Assembly: GCA_938017575.1 (NCBI GenBank)
Contig: CALIJC010000043.1
Coordinates: 1-49,892, forward strand
Direction: 5' to 3'
DNA from: an uncultured Patescibacteria group bacterium
Lineage (GTDB): Bacteria; Patescibacteriota; JACMRA01
Length of the DNA: 49,892 nt
This document shows positions 44,758 to 49,892 of the stretch, piece by piece (within the stretch, counting starts at the first letter, position 1; every line of letters begins with the position of its first letter). The notes below the pieces were generated by a model. That model saw nothing but the letters and a program-made list of their open reading frames with translations. It was not told the DNA's origin and did not search any database. Both the position numbers and the translations under genes were made by a program.

Positions 44758-46635
44758 CTAATAACCTCCTGTTCTAACAAGACCTGGAATAGTTGAGCTT
44801 ATTGGTGATTCAGTCAAAGTAATAAATTCATATGCACCCAGATCACACCCATTTAATTGCGGTCTTGATACAGATCTTTGATCATCAACCAAACAAGTAC
44901 TCGAATCACCAGCGTCAACAGCAGGAGAGTTTTCTGTCAAAGCGATTGTGTTTAAACCATTAGAAGCACTGTTTGTTCCAAATGTACCAAATATTGGGTT
45001 GGTATTCTGAAGTGAAAAACCATTGCAAGTCCCATCTGATGATAGGTTCAAACTTCCAGAAATTATTGCATCAATGGCAGGATCAAAAGGTACACAATCC
45101 CCACCAATGTTATTTGCTACCAAGTTATTTTCAAATGTAAGTGAACCAGTGCCAGGGAAGAAATACACAGATCCATCATCAGAAAAATTATTTGCTATTG
45201 TTGTGTTATTGATATCAATTGTTCCATTTCCTTGATCACTGCATGCAGGGGCTGTAACAGCTGTTTCATCACTTCCACCACAAATAAATGTTACACCAGA
45301 CCCTCTGGAGGATTCATTACCTACAATTGTTGTGTTGAGTATCTCTGTTCTAATAGATTGAACTTCACCAGCTGCGTATTCTTCTAATATTCCTGCATTT
45401 ATTGCATTATTTCTGCTATATATACCTCCACCATAAATTGAAGCAATATTGTTTTCTATTAATGACTTATTAATTTGCATATGCCCCCCTATAGTTGCTA
45501 TTCCCCCACCATTTTGAGCTGAATTATTGTAAATATGTGAGTCATTAACATACATACTAAAGGCAACATACTGTCTTTCTTCATGCCAAATACCTCCACC
45601 AAGTGTTACTGCTTGGTTATTGTGGATTGTAGAATTATTAAGATAAACTGAACTTTCTCCTGTACCTGCATATTGAACACCTCCGCCAAAAGATGTTGAG
45701 ATATTACCATGGATGTTGACGTTATCAATGATAAGGTCTGCTTCAGATTCTTTGTAGATTGTGATTCCTGCACCTAAACCAGTATTGTTGTCATTAATTG
45801 TGGAATTAGAAATATTCCCATATACGTTAGTCAAACTAAGAGCGCCAGAATTTGAAACTAAAAGTCCGTCAGTTACATTATTGTCGAATATAGTTAGATT
45901 ATCTATATTCACTTCAGTTGTAAAAGCTGTAAAAATTGCTCCATATTCTGCATTTGCTATATTCGTAGAGGTGTTATCGTTAATTTGCACATTTTGAACT
46001 TCTAATTGACTGTTAGAACCGCTATCAGTTCCAAAAGTTATGGCGCCTCCTTCGGAATTTGTAATAGTGTTGTTTTGAACTATTAGATCAGTAAAAACTG
46101 TTTGTCGCATACTATTACTATTTTCATCATATTTTCTTATAGCAGCTCCACCGTGAGGAGAGTGATCGTTTGCATCAACTAGTCCGTTTTGAATAGTTAG
46201 TCCTGTCATTGTTAAATCTTGATCAGCAGTTGCAATGGTGCTATCATAGAAATCAAACACTCTATCAAGTCCTCCGCCGTCAATGATAGTTTGATCAGAC
46301 CCAGCTCCGATAATGCTAATAGATTCTGAGATATCAAAATCTCCAGTTTGATTTGCATTCTCTAAATTACCAGGTATTGTAGTGGTGTAAGTGCCAGCTG
46401 GGATGTTGATTGTGTCTGCACCGGCCAATGCATTTGATTCGTCTATTGCTGCTCTGAGCGTACAAATTCCGTTACCTGTACCTGTTTCACATACTCCATC
46501 TCCTGGATTAATATCAACTGCATCAATAGTTGAGTTGACTAATAAAGACGCTGTATTTACTTGAATATTGGATAGAGAGGGTGTGAACAGAATTATTGAG
46601 CAAAAAAAAGTTGATAGAATAGATTTTTTGCACAT
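44758..46635 (-). CDS. Secreted CSLREA-domain / beta-helix / choice-of-anchor-Q protein ending in LVRTGGY
   Basis: VNST.D…PGDGVC…CTLRAAI; repeated N.A..GGG[IV]; SPAVDAG…DQR..RPQ…CDLGAYE. Confidence 0.88.
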   Translation of the reverse strand: MCKKSILSTFFCSIILFTPSLSNIQVNTASLLVNSTIDAVDINPGDGVCETGTGNGICTLRAAIDESNALAGADTINIPAGTYTTTIPGNLENANQTGDFDISESISIIGAGSDQTIIDGGGLDRVFDFYDSTIATADQDLTMTGLTIQNGLVDANDHSPHGGAAIRKYDENSNSMRQTVFTDLIVQNNTITNSEGGAITFGTDSGSNSQLEVQNVQINDNTSTNIANAEYGAIFTAFTTEVNIDNLTIFDNNVTDGLLVSNSGALSLTNVYGNISNSTINDNNTGLGAGITIYKESEADLIIDNVNIHGNISTSFGGGVQYAGTGESSVYLNNSTIHNNQAVTLGGGIWHEERQYVAFSMYVNDSHIYNNSAQNGGGIATIGGHMQINKSLIENNIASIYGGGIYSRNNAINAGILEEYAAGEVQSIRTEILNTTIVGNESSRGSGVTFICGGSDETAVTAPACSDQGNGTIDINNTTIANNFSDDGSVYFFPGTGSLTFENNLVANNIGGDCVPFDPAIDAIISGSLNLSSDGTCNGFSLQNTNPIFGTFGTNSASNGLNTIALTENSPAVDAGDSSTCLVDDQRSVSRPQLNGCDLGAYEFITLTESPISSTIPGLVRTGGY

Positions 46636-46849
46636 ATTTATTATTTTTTGATGAGTATATTATGGAATAATAATTGGTAAATAAAAGTGTGTCAACATAA
46701 TTATACATTTTCTAAAATCTCAGTTTTTTGATTATTAACTTTTGAGAAACAGTTTTAATAATTATGATTACTTGGTCATTTAATTACATAGTATTCATGT
46801 AAAAAATATGCAAAGATTATTTCTCGACATATTATGTGGTTGAATTTAT

Positions 46850-47401
46850 TTACTTTGCGTAGGAATCGACTAAGCCTAGGATTAATGGGAATTCTTTGTA
46901 TTGTTGGTTAAATGAATCTGATCCCATGTGTCCCTCTTTTTTGATAATCAGATCACCCCCTAATTGATCAAATATTTTTCTACCCTGGATTTCATTACAA
47001 CCCCAAGGATCATCTACTGAATTTATATTAATGAAATAATTGGCGTTTCCTTTGATTTTTTCCCAGTTATACGAATCTTGTAATATTGGATTTGGCTTAT
47101 CTGTTAGCGGCTCTGAAAATGAAGCTACTAGAATTACTTGGTGAATTTGTATATCGAGTTTTTCCAAAACAGCAAGTGCGAGTGGACATCCAGAGGAGTG
47201 ACCAATAATTATAGTTTCTTTGTTAAAGTTATAATTTTTTAGAGCAAAAGGTAATTGATTTTCTAGACTAGGTGAGTTTGTATCTGGGAGTTGCGGCACC
47301 CATACATGATAGTTTCTTAATAGCAGACTGTTTTTAACATATGGGAACCAAAAGCTATCTGGAGTTCCACCTGTTCCGTGAAATATTACAACATTTTTCA
47401 T
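46850..47401 (-). CDS. RBBP9/YdeN-family alpha/beta hydrolase (start reassigned to MKNVVIFHG)
   Basis: FHG…WFP, GHSSG nucleophile elbow, DDPW, GHM. Confidence 0.88.
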   Translation of the reverse strand: MKNVVIFHGTGGTPDSFWFPYVKNSLLLRNYHVWVPQLPDTNSPSLENQLPFALKNYNFNKETIIIGHSSGCPLALAVLEKLDIQIHQVILVASFSEPLTDKPNPILQDSYNWEKIKGNANYFININSVDDPWGCNEIQGRKIFDQLGGDLIIKKEGHMGSDSFNQQYKEFPLILGLVDSYAK

Positions 47402-47511
47402 AAAATTTTTACTGAAATAACAAAGACTGGTTATAGATATATAAGAAAAACCAATAATGGTCAAACTTTGACAAACTGTAAACATTATCAGAGGATAAAT
47501 TTAATTTTTAT

Positions 47512-47766
47512 ATGAAAGATCCGAAGAAATATTGGTTTAAAAGAAAGAAATATGGTTATGGATGGGTGCCTTCCTCGTGGCAAGGGTGGTCTGTAATTAT
47601 TTTATATGGTTTGGTTATTTTACATTCAATATTTTTCTTCCCAGATGAAAACCTGGTTGGATTTATTATCACAGTAGTTGTATCAACATTAATATTACAT
47701 TTTATATGTCGAATGAAAGGGCCTAAACTAAAATGGAATTGGGGAAAAGGCAAAGACGTTAAATAG
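47512..47766 (+). CDS. Small 2-TM membrane protein (WFKRK.YG.GW.P..WQGW type)
   Basis: Trp/Gly-rich N-terminal motif, two TM helices, KGPK..W.WG tail. Confidence 0.75.
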   Translation: MKDPKKYWFKRKKYGYGWVPSSWQGWSVIILYGLVILHSIFFFPDENLVGFIITVVVSTLILHFICRMKGPKLKWNWGKGKDVK

Positions 47767-47850
47767 CAGTAATATAATACAATGGATATTTAACTTTGAT
47801 TCAATTATATGCTATACTACTAGTTGTAGTTACTAGAGGAGAAAGCAATT

Positions 47851-48637
47851 GTGGTAATAATTGATCATGGTAAAATAATCAATTTACCAGAAGATTTTAT
47901 TAACAGCTGTTCCCAAAAGATTGTTCCCAGTAAACACTGGTATGATTTTTTACATCACTTTTTTACCGATGCAAATATGACAGTATCGTTCTTTACTTTC
48001 ATAATTTTGGCATATTTCTTTTTTCGGGGGTTTGAAATACCCTATGTGATTAGATATTGGACCAATAAGGTTTTCAGCCAAGAACCAGAGTATCTGAATT
48101 GTGACACTATTCTACACCTGTTCAGGATCTGTACAAGGTTCAAAGATTTGCTTATAAAATTGATCATATTTTATGGAAGCTTCGTCTTCGAGATAAAGAT
48201 AACTCAATTGGGTTAAAATCCTGGATTAAACCAGGAGAGATTCCTACCACAGAGATCATCTTTGAGATTGACTCTGTTGTTAACAACCTTTTTAATGATA
48301 CTCAAAAGTCTAAATATATAATTCTAAAAGAAATCTGGAAACTGGTCATTGGATTAGTTGTTGACAGAGATATAATTTTAGTCTATATCCATAGTATAAT
48401 GACTCTTTATGGTACCACTTTAAGAGAGTTAATTTTAAAGAAAGACAGAGTGCACAGTTTATAAATCTATTGAAAACACTTATCTATTTTGAAAATTCAT
48501 CAGAATTTTTTGAATATTCAGAATTATTAAATTTTAATCCTGAATATAACTTAACTGATGATATGAAAGAAGACTTAATGGATTTGTTTTGTTTATATAG
48601 AGTAAATGGAGGATCAAAACATGACTCTACAATCTAA
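47851..48637 (+). pseudogene. Probable fragmented gene in three successive overlapping frames
   Basis: Open frames at 47851-48216, 48105-48464 and 48395-48637, each shifted -1 from the previous one. Confidence 0.45.
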
Positions 48638-48782
48638 AAGACTACCAACTTTAGATGAGCTTGAAACTCAGCTAAAAGAGAATCAAATTTCCAATTTACA
48701 TTACTGGAAAATTAAATCAATTTTATTGCCCGATGACTTTGACACTCAGATTGAAGCTGCTAGAGTTATTATGGCGAAGTGA
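48621..48782 (+). CDS. Small hypothetical protein (53 aa, MTLQSKRLPTLDELE…)
   Basis: ATG preceded by GGAGGA; followed by a hairpin and T-tract at about 48806-48836. Confidence 0.5.
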   Translation: MTLQSKRLPTLDELETQLKENQISNLHYWKIKSILLPDDFDTQIEAARVIMAK

Positions 48783-49062
48783 TATTTATTTTTCAGAACT
48801 ACTTAGTCCATCTTTAAACAAGGTGGGTGTTTTTTTACATTTTTAAATTATTATACGAATTTTAAGTAGTATATCTCTTGGTTTTTATTTGTATCAATAC
48901 TCTGCTGCTAGAGTAGGGTATCAAAATGATAATTTTGGTAAAGGTTTTAAACTGGGGTTTGTTTCCAACATGGACCTGCTTGTGAAGCTTGTGGTAACCA
49001 TATTGGTTGTAAAATATTATAGAAAATTTGAAAGAAATAGGTAACTGTGGTATAATTATACT

Positions 49063-49731
49063 ATGTCAAAATCAAACTACTTCGACGAATTGCAAACATT
49101 ATCAGAGGATCAATTTAATTTACTAAAAGTTATCAAAAAAGAATATGAAATGGGTATGTTAGCCCTGAATTCTTTGGGTTCTCACACATTAACAGTGTAT
49201 GGTGGTGCAATGGTCCAAGAGACAGACGATGCTTATCATTTGGTCTCCAAAGCTACTGAATTATTGAGTAAAAAAGGTTGGGGTATTATTTCAGGTGGAG
49301 GTCCTGGGATTATGTCCGCTGCTTTAGAAGGAGCAAAAGAGGGTAGAGGTAAAGCGATTGCTTTTTGTATTGATATTCCTGGAGAACCGCCAGCACCAAA
49401 TATCGATGTTAGTTTAGTATTCACTCAATTCTCTGCTCGTAAATATTTACTACGACAATCAGATGCGTTTATTTTTGCACCTGGAGGGTTTGGAACTTTG
49501 GATGAGTTAATGGAATTATTAACTTTGATGAAAACAAACAAATATCCAATCAAGCCTGTTTTCCTACTAGATTCTAAATTTTGGAATGGTTATATGAAGT
49601 GGTTTGAGGAAATTTTATTCAACGAACGAAAGGTTGTAAGTGAAGATTTTTTGAAATTATTTAAAGTCGTAGATAAACCTCAAGACATAGTTGATCATAT
49701 TTATAATCATGATGCAACTCTAAAAAAATAG
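49063..49731 (+). CDS. LOG-family nucleotide phosphoribohydrolase (TIGR00730-like)
   Basis: SGGGPGIM, F..RK, PGGFGTLDE motif. Confidence 0.92.
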   Translation: MSKSNYFDELQTLSEDQFNLLKVIKKEYEMGMLALNSLGSHTLTVYGGAMVQETDDAYHLVSKATELLSKKGWGIISGGGPGIMSAALEGAKEGRGKAIAFCIDIPGEPPAPNIDVSLVFTQFSARKYLLRQSDAFIFAPGGFGTLDELMELLTLMKTNKYPIKPVFLLDSKFWNGYMKWFEEILFNERKVVSEDFLKLFKVVDKPQDIVDHIYNHDATLKK

Positions 49732-49754
49732 TTGCTGCCAACGGCAATATTAAA

Positions 49755-49892
49755 ATGGCTAGAACAAAAACAAAAATCAAAATCCCTAAAATTATCTTGG
49801 TATCTTTTACTGGGGTAGTGCTAGCTATTGTTTTGTTTGTTTTGATGCTCTTTAGTATTAATATTAGCACTGCGTCTGAAAATGGGGTGAAT
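49755..49892 (+). CDS. Start of a membrane-anchored protein (3'-truncated by window edge)
   Basis: MARTKTKIKIPKIILVSFTGVVLAIVLFVLMLF… open to the end of the window. Confidence 0.6.
   Translation, partial: MARTKTKIKIPKIILVSFTGVVLAIVLFVLMLFSINISTASENGVN

Noticed and set aside
47402-47485. N-terminal extension of the YdeN-like ORF in the ORF track
   Set aside because: The family starts at MKNVVIFHG (47401); the extension overlaps the divergent promoter region.
49661-49870. 69-aa minus-strand hydrophobic ORF
   Set aside because: Antisense to the LOG 3' end and to the more plausible plus-strand gene starting at 49755.

Overview
AT-rich bacterial chromosomal segment read in the standard bacterial code. 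It most likely comes from a Patescibacteria/CPR genome; this is an inference from gene content, the stand-alone 23S rRNA gene and the rarity of SD motifs. Core genes: 5'-truncated ftsH, tRNA-Lys(CTT), tRNA-Pro(TGG), RNase P RNA and a 23S rRNA gene with no 16S or 5S next to it. About half of the window encodes surface proteins: two giant acidic DUF11/isopeptide-repeat proteins (3420 and 3840 aa) and a CSLREA/choice-of-anchor-Q protein. All three end in the same non-canonical L-[LIV]-R-T-G motif, the best candidate here for an undescribed sortase-like sorting system. Other genes: aquaporin Z, a VirB4/TraD-like ATPase, an orphan purN, a PAS-PAS-GGDEF cyclase, a 2H phosphoesterase, a heliorhodopsin among DNA-repair/redox genes, a YdeN-like hydrolase, a LOG protein and several frameshifted accessory genes (ART-like, AlkD-like). 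The structured RNAs are atypical: hybrid RNase P RNA architecture, 23S insertions and rewritten H69/H71. All family calls come from motifs recognised by eye; no database searches were run.
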